Assembly: GCA_035699805.1 (NCBI GenBank)
Contig: DASSPF010000147.1
Location: forward strand, 143 to 64,142
From: Candidatus Limnocylindria bacterium
GTDB taxonomy: Bacteria; Chloroflexota; Limnocylindria; P2-11E
Length of the DNA stretch: 64,000 nt
Reading direction: 5' to 3'
In this document: piece after piece, positions 1-8,616 of the stretch
How positions within the stretch are numbered: position 1 is the stretch's first letter
How the letters are laid out: each line of letters opens with the position of its first letter
The notes under the pieces: model-generated
Told to the model about the DNA's origin: nothing
The model's database searches: none
Seen by the model: the letters and a program-made list of their open reading frames with translations, nothing else
Position numbers and translations under genes: made by a program

Positions 1-3000
1 AGCGCGCTCGCGGCGGGGGGTACCGCCCTCGCGTCGATCGGCACGGCCTACACGGAGAACTTCAATACGCTGGCCCAGGCGGGCACCTCCTCGGTGACGC
101 CCGCCGGCTGGACCTTCACTGAGACAGGGACGAACGCGAACACCCTCTACACGGCCGGCACCGGCAGCGGCAACGCTGGGGACACATACAGTTTCGGCGC
201 GTCGGGGAGTCCTGAGCGCGCGTTCGGCGGGCTCCAGAGCGGCAGCCTGAACCCGACCGTCGGCGCAGTCTTCACGAACGCGACCGGCAGGACGATCACG
301 AAGCTCGACATCAGCTACACGGGCGAACAATGGCGGCTCGGCACGTCCGGAAGGCAGGATCGCCTCGACTTCCAGTTCAGCGTCGACGCGACCTCTCTTT
401 CGACGGGGACGTGGATCGATGCCGACGATCTCGACTTCCTCGGACCAATCACGACGGGCACCGTCGGGCTACTCGATGGCAACGCAGCCGCCAATCGCCG
501 TTCGATCGCAGGCAGCATCGTGCTGAACGTGGCGAGCGGTGCGAACTTCTGGGTGCGCTGGCGCAGCTCCGACGCGACGGGCGCCGACGACGGTCTCGCG
601 GTCGATGACTTCGCACTCACACCGTGGGAATCGGATGTGGCGCCGTTCATCAGCACAACAAGCCCTCTCGCCGGTGCGACGGGTGTCGCGCTCGACGCGA
701 ACGTGACCGTGACGTTCTCGGAGCCCGTCACCACGACGGACGGCTGGTACGCGATCTCGTGCTCGTCGAGCGGCGCCCACAGTGGGACCGTGACAACGAC
801 CGATCAGACGACGTTCGTCATCGACCCGGGCACCGGCTTCACCAGCCTTGAGGTCTGCGACGTGACGGTGTTCGCGGCGCGGGTCACCGACGGCGACACG
901 AACGATCCCCCGGACGCGATGCTCGGCGACGTGACGTGGTCGTTCACGATCACGGATGCCTGCGGTGGCCCGGCCACGAAGATCCACCAGGTCCAGGGCA
1001 GCGGAACGACGACGCCGATGTTCGGCGCGACCGTGGCGATCGAAGGTGTCGTCGTCGGTGATTACCAGGCCACCGGCCAGTTCAATGGCTACTACGTCCA
1101 GGAGGAGGACGCCGACACGGACGCCGACCCGGCGACGTCCGAAGGGCTCTTCGTCTTCAGCCCCGCCTCGTTCCGTGACGTCTCCGTCGGCGACGTCGTT
1201 CGCGTGCGCGGGAGGGCAGGCGAGTTCTCGAGCCTGACGCAGCTGTCTTCCGTGACCGATGTGCTCATCTGCGCGAGTGGGGCTGCCGTATCTGCTGCGT
1301 CGGTCAGCCTCCCTGTGGCGAGCATCTCCGACCTCGAGGCGTTCGAGGGGATGCTCGTGACCTTCGACCAGACCCTCACCGTCACCGAGGTCTTCAACCT
1401 CGGACGCTTCGGCGAGGTCAGTCTCTCCGGGGTCGGTCGCCTGTACACGCCGACGGCCGTCGCCGAGCCAGGCGCCGATGCCCTCGCCGTCGCCGCCGCG
1501 AACGCGCGGAGCCGGATCATCCTCGACGACGGCGTCAGCCAGCAGAACATCGACCCGACCAGGTATCCCCAGGGCGGGCTTTCCGCGAGCAACACGCTGC
1601 GGGTCGGCGACTCGCTTCCTGGTCTCAGTGGCGTGATGGATTACCGCTTCAGCAGCTACCGCATCCAGCCTGTCGGGACGATCGAGTTTGCCCACACCAA
1701 CCCGCGCACCGCGGCGCCCGCACCGGTGGGCGGCAACGTGAAGATCGCCTCCTTCAACGTCCTGAACTTCTTCAACGGCGACGGGCTCGGCGGCGGGTTC
1801 CCGACGTCGCGCGGCGCCGACACCGCGGCGGAGCTCGCGCGGCAGCTCGCGAAGGAGGTCAGCGCCCTCCGCGCGATCGACGCCGACATCGTCGGCCTCA
1901 TGGAGATCGAGAACGACGCCGGTCCGAACAGTGCGCTCGCGGATCTGGTGCGCGCACTGAACGATGCGATGGGCGCCGGCACCTATGCCTACATCGACAC
2001 CGGTGTCATCGGCACCGACGAGATCAAGGTCGCGCTCATCTACAAGCCCGCGTCGTTCATGCCGGTGAACCCCTACCAGACGCTGGACTCGGCGGACGAT
2101 CCTCGGTTCATCGACACCCTGAATCGGCCCTCGCTCGCGCAGACGTTCGAGCACCTTCTGACCGGTCAGCGTCTCACCGTCGTCGTCAACCACCTGAAGT
2201 CGAAGGGGTCGAGCTGTGCGGGTGTCGGTGACCCCGATCTGCTCGATGGCCAGGGGAACTGCAACGGCACGCGGACCGCCGCAGCCGAGGCGCTCGCCGA
2301 CTGGATCGCGAGCGACCCCACCGGCAGCGGCGACCCCGACACACTGATCATCGGCGACTTGAACGCATACACGTTCGAAGGCCCGATCACCACGCTCACC
2401 GGCGCGGGCTTCGAGAACCTCGTCCGCCGGTACGGAGGTCTGGACGCCTACTCCTACGTCTTCAACGGCGAGTCCGGGTACCTCGATCACGCGCTCGCGA
2501 CGTCGTCGCTCGCGGCGCAGGTGACCGGCGTCATCGACTGGCACATCAACCCCGACGAGCCGAGGGTCCTCGACTACAACGTGGAGTTCAAGAGCGCGAA
2601 CCAGATCACGACCTTCTACGACGACGGCCCGTACCGGTCCTCAGACCATGATCCGGTCATCGTCGGGCTCCAGCTCGATGTGACCTCAGGCGCATCCGGC
2701 AAGCTCGAAGGGACGCCGACGTGGGCCGGCGATCTGAAGACCAAGCTGAACGTCATCGCTCGCGACGGCGAGATCCAGGGGCGGATCACCGTCGAGGGCG
2801 ACGGACGCTCCGACACGTCGACGCGTATCGACGCGATCGTCGTTCGCGGCACCGACGCCACGGTGTTCGGCGCCTTCGGCGACGTGACGTTCCGGATCGA
2901 CGTCCATGACGGTGGCAGCCAGCGCGACGATACGTTCCGGATCCGTACGAGCGACGGGTACGACTCCGGTGTGCGTTCCCAGCTCCGCGGCAACGCCACG

Positions 3001-3018
3001 GTGTGGCCTCGCGGCTAG
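1..3018 (+). CDS. ExeM/NucH-family extracellular nuclease, 5'-truncated by the window edge. Ig-like/lamin-tail-type N-terminal region, endonuclease/exonuclease/phosphatase (EEP) catalytic domain, extra C-terminal beta domain.
   Basis: The reading frame is open from base 1 into the ORF at 94-3018. It carries the EEP hallmarks 'VKIASFNVLNFFNGDG' and 'SDHDPV', and is rich in Thr/Gly as secreted proteins often are. Confidence 0.75.
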   Translation, partial: SALAAGGTALASIGTAYTENFNTLAQAGTSSVTPAGWTFTETGTNANTLYTAGTGSGNAGDTYSFGASGSPERAFGGLQSGSLNPTVGAVFTNATGRTITKLDISYTGEQWRLGTSGRQDRLDFQFSVDATSLSTGTWIDADDLDFLGPITTGTVGLLDGNAAANRRSIAGSIVLNVASGANFWVRWRSSDATGADDGLAVDDFALTPWESDVAPFISTTSPLAGATGVALDANVTVTFSEPVTTTDGWYAISCSSSGAHSGTVTTTDQTTFVIDPGTGFTSLEVCDVTVFAARVTDGDTNDPPDAMLGDVTWSFTITDACGGPATKIHQVQGSGTTTPMFGATVAIEGVVVGDYQATGQFNGYYVQEEDADTDADPATSEGLFVFSPASFRDVSVGDVVRVRGRAGEFSSLTQLSSVTDVLICASGAAVSAASVSLPVASISDLEAFEGMLVTFDQTLTVTEVFNLGRFGEVSLSGVGRLYTPTAVAEPGADALAVAAANARSRIILDDGVSQQNIDPTRYPQGGLSASNTLRVGDSLPGLSGVMDYRFSSYRIQPVGTIEFAHTNPRTAAPAPVGGNVKIASFNVLNFFNGDGLGGGFPTSRGADTAAELARQLAKEVSALRAIDADIVGLMEIENDAGPNSALADLVRALNDAMGAGTYAYIDTGVIGTDEIKVALIYKPASFMPVNPYQTLDSADDPRFIDTLNRPSLAQTFEHLLTGQRLTVVVNHLKSKGSSCAGVGDPDLLDGQGNCNGTRTAAAEALADWIASDPTGSGDPDTLIIGDLNAYTFEGPITTLTGAGFENLVRRYGGLDAYSYVFNGESGYLDHALATSSLAAQVTGVIDWHINPDEPRVLDYNVEFKSANQITTFYDDGPYRSSDHDPVIVGLQLDVTSGASGKLEGTPTWAGDLKTKLNVIARDGEIQGRITVEGDGRSDTSTRIDAIVVRGTDATVFGAFGDVTFRIDVHDGGSQRDDTFRIRTSDGYDSGVRSQLRGNATVWPRG

Positions 3019-3033
3019 ACCTTCGCGCTTCGC

Positions 3034-3065
3034 GACCGGCGTGCAGGGCGTCGAGGATGGCCTCG
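3034..3065 (+). terminator. GC-rich inverted repeat (GCAGGGCG ... CGCCCTGC) downstream of the nuclease gene. Possible intrinsic terminator without a U-tract.
   Basis: 8-bp perfect stem with a 16-nt loop, 16 nt after the stop codon. Confidence 0.3.
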
Positions 3066-3123
3066 GCGCCCTGCGCTGTTCCCACGGAGGCATCCGAACG
3101 TAGCGGCCGCCCGTATCAGGGGC

Positions 3124-3501
3124 ATGACCCCGCGCTTCGCGCTCCGTCTGGTCACCTGTGCGGCGCTCGCCGCGACCTGGGCGTGCGCGGGTGGCGTCGC
3201 TCCCTCGCCGGCACGGCCGAACGAAGTGCAGGTGGTCGAGCCGGCCGGTCGTCCCGACGACTGGACCTACGCCCCCAAGGAGCTCGCCGTGGCGCGCGGG
3301 ATGACCGTGACCTTTGTGAATCGCGGCAAGGAGTTCCACACGGTCACCTCCGACGATGCGGGGCGACCATTCGACGTGAGCATCGGCACGAATCAGACTG
3401 GGACGATCACCTTCGAGAAGGTGGGCACCTTCGCGTACCACTGCGGAGTGCACCCGCAGATGAAGGGGGTCGTCCGTGTCTGCGATGGTCCGTGCGGCTA
3501 G
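3124..3501 (+). CDS. Small cupredoxin (plastocyanin/azurin-like blue copper protein) with an N-terminal signal or lipoprotein signal peptide.
   Basis: The C-terminal motif 'YHCGVHPQMKG' (Cys-x2-His-x2-Met) together with an upstream His in 'FHTV' matches type-1 copper ligands. The N-terminus is hydrophobic. Confidence 0.7.
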   Translation: MTPRFALRLVTCAALAATWACAGGVAPSPARPNEVQVVEPAGRPDDWTYAPKELAVARGMTVTFVNRGKEFHTVTSDDAGRPFDVSIGTNQTGTITFEKVGTFAYHCGVHPQMKGVVRVCDGPCG

Positions 3502-4159
3502 CGTCGCCCTCGCGCTGATCGCCGCCGCGTGCGGGTCTTCGGCGCAGCCCGCCCCTTCCGCCACCCCGACACCAGCGGCGAGCCCCACCGTCGCGGCGAG
3601 CCCGTCGACCGGGGGCCCCTGGACGTTCAGCGTCGACGCGTCCTCCAAGACGACCATCCGCGTGCGTGAGGTGCTCGCGAGCACGCGCGCGCCCGGCGAC
3701 GCGGTGCTCACCGTGACGGGGATGCGCGGCTCCTTCACGCTGAACACCGACGGCACGTTCAGCCCGACATCGAAGCTCACCGCCGATCTGGCGACGGTCT
3801 CGAGCGACTCCGGCCTGCGCGACCGCTATGTCCGGGATACCACGCTCGATGTGCGGCGCTTCCCGACCGCGGAGTTCGTCCCGGCGAGGACCACCGGCCT
3901 GACCCTGCCGCTCGCAGCGAGCGGCGACCTGGCCTTCCGCATCGAGGGAAAGATGACGGTCCATGGGACGGCCAAGGACGTGACGTTCGCCGTGAAGGCC
4001 ACGCGCAGTGGGACTCGTCTTGTGGCCGCGGCCACCGCGGACCCGGCCTGGACGTTCGCCGATTTCGGCCTCGCGATCCCGCGGGTCTCCTCTGTGCTCT
4101 CCGTGGAGGACGAGATCCGTCTCGAGATCGCGCTCGTCGCGACCGAGGCCGCGCCTTAG
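3476..4159 (+). CDS. YceI-family periplasmic (polyisoprenoid-binding-like) lipoprotein.
   Basis: Signal peptide plus lipobox 'LIAAAC'. YceI-like beta-barrel pattern 'WTFSVDAS...SKTTIRVREV...GMRGSFTL...FPTAEFV...MTVHGTAKDVTF'. The true start may be the ATG at 3485, with a short overlap onto the cupredoxin gene. Confidence 0.65.
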   Translation: MSAMVRAASVALALIAAACGSSAQPAPSATPTPAASPTVAASPSTGGPWTFSVDASSKTTIRVREVLASTRAPGDAVLTVTGMRGSFTLNTDGTFSPTSKLTADLATVSSDSGLRDRYVRDTTLDVRRFPTAEFVPARTTGLTLPLAASGDLAFRIEGKMTVHGTAKDVTFAVKATRSGTRLVAAATADPAWTFADFGLAIPRVSSVLSVEDEIRLEIALVATEAAP

Positions 4160-4160
4160 C

Positions 4161-4853
4161 TCACACCGTCGCGCGGTCCGGCGGCGGCGCCAGCACGTAG
4201 CGGATCGAGAGACCCGCGATCGCCGCGCCGAGCAGCGGACCGATCCAGTACACGTACCAGTTGTCGAAGAACATTGCCGGCACGGCCGTGGCCACGTACC
4301 GCGCCGGATTCATCGCCGCACCGGTGAGCGGGCCGCCCACGAGGATGTCGGTCATGACGGTGAGGCCGATGCCGAAGCCCGCGATGCGCGGTGCGAGCGG
4401 GGAGACGGCGGTCCCATACACGGCCCAGACCAGGAACAGCGTGAGGATCGCCTCGATGGCGATGCCGGCCGCGGGGGTGATCGCCGCACCGAGCGCGGGG
4501 GTGCCGAGGTGCGTCTTGTCCACGGCGGCGATCGCTGAGTCGAACACCATCCGCAGCGCGAAGCCGGCGGCGAGGCCGCCGGCGAGCTGCGCCGCCCAGT
4601 ACGTGGGCACCCGCGCCCAGGGATGGCGACCGGCGAGGGCGAGACCGAACGTCACCGCCGGGTTGAAGTGCGCGCCCGAGAGCGCGCCGAACGACGAGAT
4701 CGCGACCGCGAGGGTGATGCCGTGCGCCAGCGCGATCTCGAGGAGGCCGCCGGCGCTCGCCGCGGTGACCGTCAGGATCGTGCCGGCCCCCACGAAGAAG
4801 AACCAGAAGGTGCCGCAGGCCTCCGCCAGCAGGGCGCGGTTGTGCTCGTTCAA
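4161..4853 (-). CDS. aqpZ: Aquaporin / MIP-family channel, AqpZ-like.
   Basis: Two NPA boxes ('HFNPAVT' and 'NPAR'). 'ACGTFWFFFVGAG' resembles the AqpZ N-terminus. The likely start is a TTG at 4853 preceded by a GGAGGG Shine-Dalgarno, rather than the ORF-track ATG at 4964. Confidence 0.8.
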   Translation of the reverse strand: MNEHNRALLAEACGTFWFFFVGAGTILTVTAASAGGLLEIALAHGITLAVAISSFGALSGAHFNPAVTFGLALAGRHPWARVPTYWAAQLAGGLAAGFALRMVFDSAIAAVDKTHLGTPALGAAITPAAGIAIEAILTLFLVWAVYGTAVSPLAPRIAGFGIGLTVMTDILVGGPLTGAAMNPARYVATAVPAMFFDNWYVYWIGPLLGAAIAGLSIRYVLAPPPDRATV

Positions 4854-4890
4854 ATCCGTCCCTCCACTTCGGTCCGGTATTCTCGCGCCG

Positions 4891-5364
4891 ATGGCCGACT
4901 TCCGTCCTGTCGAGGCGACCAAGGCGCGCATCCTGACCATCCACGCGGCACCTCCGGGCGCCACCCCGGAGACGGCGAACGCCGAGTGGGTCGAGGTCGT
5001 GGTGCAGCTGGACTCCGACCTCGCGAACTGGCGCCTGCAGCGTCTGCGTGCGCTGTGGCGCGAGGAGCTCGCCAGACCGGTGGAGTGGGACTGGCTCTAC
5101 ACCTGGGGCTCGCCCGCGTTCGTGCGCGCCGGCGAGGTCTACCGCATCCACTCCGGCTCGCGCATCCGTGCGGCGACGCACCCGCTCACCGACGACCTCG
5201 CGCCGGGACGCAAGCACGTGTACCTCGCCGGGCCCGTGGCGAACGCCCGGCTGCTGTGGACCCGCGGCGACTACGTCCGGCTGGTGGATGCCTTCGGGAC
5301 GGTGATCGACGAGATCGTGGTCTGGCCGGCGGAGCCGGCAGCGCCGGAGCCGGCGAAGCGCTGA
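4891..5364 (+). CDS. Small lamin-tail-domain (LTD)-like protein, hypothetical.
   Basis: 'ARILTIHAAPPGATPETANAEWVEVV..DLANWRLQ..GEVYRIHSG..GDYVRLVDAFGTVIDEIVV' follows the LTD beta-sandwich consensus. The ATG at 4891 removes the antisense overlap with the aquaporin gene. Confidence 0.5.
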   Translation: MADFRPVEATKARILTIHAAPPGATPETANAEWVEVVVQLDSDLANWRLQRLRALWREELARPVEWDWLYTWGSPAFVRAGEVYRIHSGSRIRAATHPLTDDLAPGRKHVYLAGPVANARLLWTRGDYVRLVDAFGTVIDEIVVWPAEPAAPEPAKR

Positions 5365-5368
5365 CGAC

Positions 5369-6220
5369 CTAGCGGACCGACTTCGCGACCGCCGCTGCGG
5401 TGCGGTAGCGGCCCTTGCCCGCGCCCTTCGCCTCGCGCATGGCCGCATCGGCGTGCCGGAGGGTCTCCGCGAGACCGCTGCCATCACCGACGACGACGCC
5501 GACGCTCGCGCCCACCCTGATGAGGTGATCTCCCACGACGATCGGCTGGGTCATGAGCGCGACCAGTCGTGCGGCGATCTCCTCGGCACGTGGCGCACTC
5601 TCGACGTCGCGGAGCAGGACCGCGAAATCGTCGCCGCCCATTCTCGCGACGACATCCGAGGTCCCCACCGCGCGCTGGAGCCGGCGGGCCACCTCCACGA
5701 TGAGGGCATCGCCCACGGCGCGTCCGAAGGTGTCGTTCACGTCCCTGAAGTCGTCGAGGTCTAGGAAGAGCAGTGCGAACGGCACCCGCCTGCGCTGGAG
5801 CTCGGTGACCGCGATCGCGAGCCACTCCCGCAGCTGCGTGCGATCCGCGAGGCCGGTGAGCGCGTCGTGGCTGGCAAGGTGTGCGAGGCGATCCTCGCTG
5901 CGCTTGCGCTGACCGGCGATCGCGAAGACCGTGGCGATGATGAGGGTCATGAGGGGGATCTCGAGGAGCTCCTCCGGTTGGGTCGTGCCGGCCACGACCG
6001 CGTCGCCGACGGCGACGAGCACGGCGAACACCCCGATCGCCGAGCGTATGACGAATCCCCAGTACGCGCGGACAAATGCCTCGAGCGCGAGGACGACGAA
6101 CACGAGATGGAAGAAGATGACGGTGTGATCGCTCGCGATCGTGAGCACGACGGCGGCCACGAGCGCCGCGTCGAGGGCGATACGGCGAAGGTCGGTGCCG
6201 CGCGGCGCCAGGTCGCTCAC
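5369..6220 (-). CDS. Membrane-anchored GGDEF-domain protein (putative diguanylate cyclase) with a non-canonical GGDDF active-site motif.
   Basis: N-terminal transmembrane helices followed by 'LTGLADR...DLDDFRDVND..GRAVGDALI...RMGGDDFAVLL'. Its stop overlaps the upstream histidine-kinase gene by 4 nt. Confidence 0.8.
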   Translation of the reverse strand: MSDLAPRGTDLRRIALDAALVAAVVLTIASDHTVIFFHLVFVVLALEAFVRAYWGFVIRSAIGVFAVLVAVGDAVVAGTTQPEELLEIPLMTLIIATVFAIAGQRKRSEDRLAHLASHDALTGLADRTQLREWLAIAVTELQRRRVPFALLFLDLDDFRDVNDTFGRAVGDALIVEVARRLQRAVGTSDVVARMGGDDFAVLLRDVESAPRAEEIAARLVALMTQPIVVGDHLIRVGASVGVVVGDGSGLAETLRHADAAMREAKGAGKGRYRTAAAVAKSVR

Positions 6221-8616
6221 GGCCTGGCCGCCGGGAGCGTGAAGCTGATCGTCGCTCCATCACCGGGCGCGCCGGTCGCGTTCACGCGGCCGCCGTGCCG
6301 TTTCACGATCCGCTCGACCGTCGCGAGCCCGATGCCGGTCCCTTCGAAGCTGGCGTCGGTGTGCAGGCGCGTGAACGGCCGGAAGAGCCGATCGACGTAG
6401 CGCATGTCGAAGCCGACCCCGTTGTCGCGCACGAAATACGTTGCCACGCCGTCCACGGCCTCGCAGCCGATCTCGACGACCGGCTCCGAACGGGAGCGCG
6501 AGAACTTGAGCGCGTTCGTGACGAGGCTCTCGAGCAAGGTCCGGAGCAGCGCGCGATCGGCCCGGACGTACATCCCATCGGCGACGACGGCGCGGAACAC
6601 GGCGCCCGCTCGACGCTGCGCGTCGAGCACCTCCCGCGCCATCGCGCTGAGGTCGACGCGCTCCGGATCGAGCTCGGTGCGGCTGGCCATCGAGAGCGCG
6701 AGCAGGTCGTCGATGAGCGCCGACATACGCACCGTCGCGTCGTGGATGCGCGTGAGGTGCCGGTGGGCAGCCTCCGACCGGTGGTCGCCGAGCTCGGCCT
6801 CGAGGAGCGCCCGGAATCCGTCCAGCGCCCGGAGCGGCGCCCGCAGATCGTGCGAGACGGTGTGCGCGAACTCCTCGATGCCCTCGGTGGCCGTCGCGAG
6901 CTGGAAGGTGCGCTCACGAACACGTTCGTCGAGCCTCTCGTTCAGCTGTCGCAGCTCGCGCTGGGTCGTGGCGAGCCGGTCGGCGGTCTGGTTGAACGCA
7001 CGGTTCGCCGCGGCGATCTGATCCGCTCCGGCCGAGGTCGCGCGTGCGCCCAGATCGCCCGCGGCGAAGCGGAGCATCACGTCCACGAGGTCGTCGAGCG
7101 GTCGCGTCAGCGTCCGCGTGAACAGGACGGTGGCGGCGACGACGGCGAGCAGCAGCGCGAGCAACAGTGCAAGGCCGACCGAGATGCTGTTCACCGCGTA
7201 GGTGCCTGCAGCCTCCGGCCGCACCTCGAGCAGCGCGATGATCCCGCTGCCCGCCGCAGCCGCGTAGCCGCCGAGCATCACCAGGCCGGTGACGAACACA
7301 CCCGTCGTCGCCAGGACGCGGTCGCCGATACGACCGCGCACGATCGTCCCGGCCGCCATGCTCGTGACGGCGATCCCCAGCGCCCCGATCGCGATGGCGG
7401 CATGGCTGCGCAGACCGAAGATCCCGTAGGCCTGGGCGAGGGTTGGCTCCTCCACGAGGTACGCGAGCGCGTTCAGCGTCGCGACGACGGTCACGAGCGT
7501 GCTGAGCAGGAGCGCGGACAGGAGCGCATATCTGCTCCGCCGCCGCAGCAGGAGAGAGGCTCCGGTGACCGTCAGGAGCGCGCTCCCCGTGGGGGGCTGC
7601 GGACCGCCGGGCGCCAGACCGAGGCTGATGGTGGCGGCGAGGCCCACGCCGACGATCAGCGTGACCGTGTGGAGCGCTCGCAGGGATCGCCGCAACGACG
7701 CCCCTGCCACGATGCTGACGCCGACAAGGAGCATGGCCACTGACGAGAGGGCCGCGCTGCGCGCCGACCCATCGAGCCCCAACGCCCCGGACGGTCGGAG
7801 AAGGTCGCTCACCCCAACGAGCGAGGCCATGAGCACGCAGACGGCCGCAACGCTGGTCGGTCGGGGCGCGCTGGCGGTGCGCACCATCGAGATCGCGTGG
7901 GTCGTGTAGATGAGCAGCCCGGTCCAGGCGCGAGCCTCGAGCGCGCCCTGGAGCGCCGGGGTGAAGTTGATCGCCGCGGCGAGGCCGAGCGCGGCCGACG
8001 ACCGCGTGTGCCCGCGCGCCTCGGCGAACAGGAGCAGGGCGCCGACGGCCGTGTAGGAGAGGCCGACGATCCCCACCACGTGCGCGAGCTGCCCGTACGC
8101 CGCGACCGGGAAGCGCTCCGGGAAGAGCACCATGAGCGGTCCCGTCGCCACCTGGATGGCGCCGACGACCAGGACATGGCGGCGGCCGCCGAACGCGCGC
8201 CGGCCGCTCAGCGTCTCGACCGCGACGAGCGCGAGCATGAGGGCGAGGATGAGATTGGTGATGGCGCCGGTGAGGATCGAGACTCGCCAGAAGCCCGCGG
8301 CGAGCACGACGAGCGGTCCGCTCGCGAGCATGAGGAAGGCGCTCGTGACGGCGCGTCCAGTCACGCCGATCGCCGCGAGCAGGAGCAGCGAGCCGGTCGC
8401 CGCGAAGGCCAGTCCGTACCACGGGAGGAACGGCCGGATGCCGTCGTAGGCCACGCTCCTGAACTGGCCGGGCGCGCCGATCATCAGGAGGGCCATGCCG
8501 ACCTCGATGACGAGCGCCACCCACAGGAACGCCGGCTGGGTTGCACCTGCCGCATCGGTCCGCTCGCGCGCCACCGCCCGCGGAGCGGCGCGACGGGCCG
8601 CCGCGACGGCGGTCAC
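6217..8616 (-). CDS. Polytopic-membrane sensor histidine kinase: about 14 predicted TM helices, then HisKA and HATPase_c domains.
   Basis: 'HTVSHDLRAPLRALDGFRALL' is the H-box and 'RDNGVGFD...GTGIGLATVERIV' the G-boxes. The N-terminus is long and hydrophobic. It overlaps both neighbouring genes by 4 nt. Confidence 0.8.
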   Translation of the reverse strand: MTAVAAARRAAPRAVARERTDAAGATQPAFLWVALVIEVGMALLMIGAPGQFRSVAYDGIRPFLPWYGLAFAATGSLLLLAAIGVTGRAVTSAFLMLASGPLVVLAAGFWRVSILTGAITNLILALMLALVAVETLSGRRAFGGRRHVLVVGAIQVATGPLMVLFPERFPVAAYGQLAHVVGIVGLSYTAVGALLLFAEARGHTRSSAALGLAAAINFTPALQGALEARAWTGLLIYTTHAISMVRTASAPRPTSVAAVCVLMASLVGVSDLLRPSGALGLDGSARSAALSSVAMLLVGVSIVAGASLRRSLRALHTVTLIVGVGLAATISLGLAPGGPQPPTGSALLTVTGASLLLRRRSRYALLSALLLSTLVTVVATLNALAYLVEEPTLAQAYGIFGLRSHAAIAIGALGIAVTSMAAGTIVRGRIGDRVLATTGVFVTGLVMLGGYAAAAGSGIIALLEVRPEAAGTYAVNSISVGLALLLALLLAVVAATVLFTRTLTRPLDDLVDVMLRFAAGDLGARATSAGADQIAAANRAFNQTADRLATTQRELRQLNERLDERVRERTFQLATATEGIEEFAHTVSHDLRAPLRALDGFRALLEAELGDHRSEAAHRHLTRIHDATVRMSALIDDLLALSMASRTELDPERVDLSAMAREVLDAQRRAGAVFRAVVADGMYVRADRALLRTLLESLVTNALKFSRSRSEPVVEIGCEAVDGVATYFVRDNGVGFDMRYVDRLFRPFTRLHTDASFEGTGIGLATVERIVKRHGGRVNATGAPGDGATISFTLPAARP

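Noticed and set aside
469-2544. 691-aa ORF on the minus strand antisense to the nuclease gene.
   Set aside because: Arg/Gly/Asp-rich with no domain signature. A typical high-GC antisense artefact lying entirely inside a well-supported gene.
4261-4890. 5' portion of the 367-aa ORF 4261-5364, antisense to the aquaporin.
   Set aside because: Ala/Arg/Pro-rich low-complexity translation lying antisense to a confident NPA-box aquaporin. Only the downstream part from the ATG at 4891 shows a protein-like (LTD) pattern.
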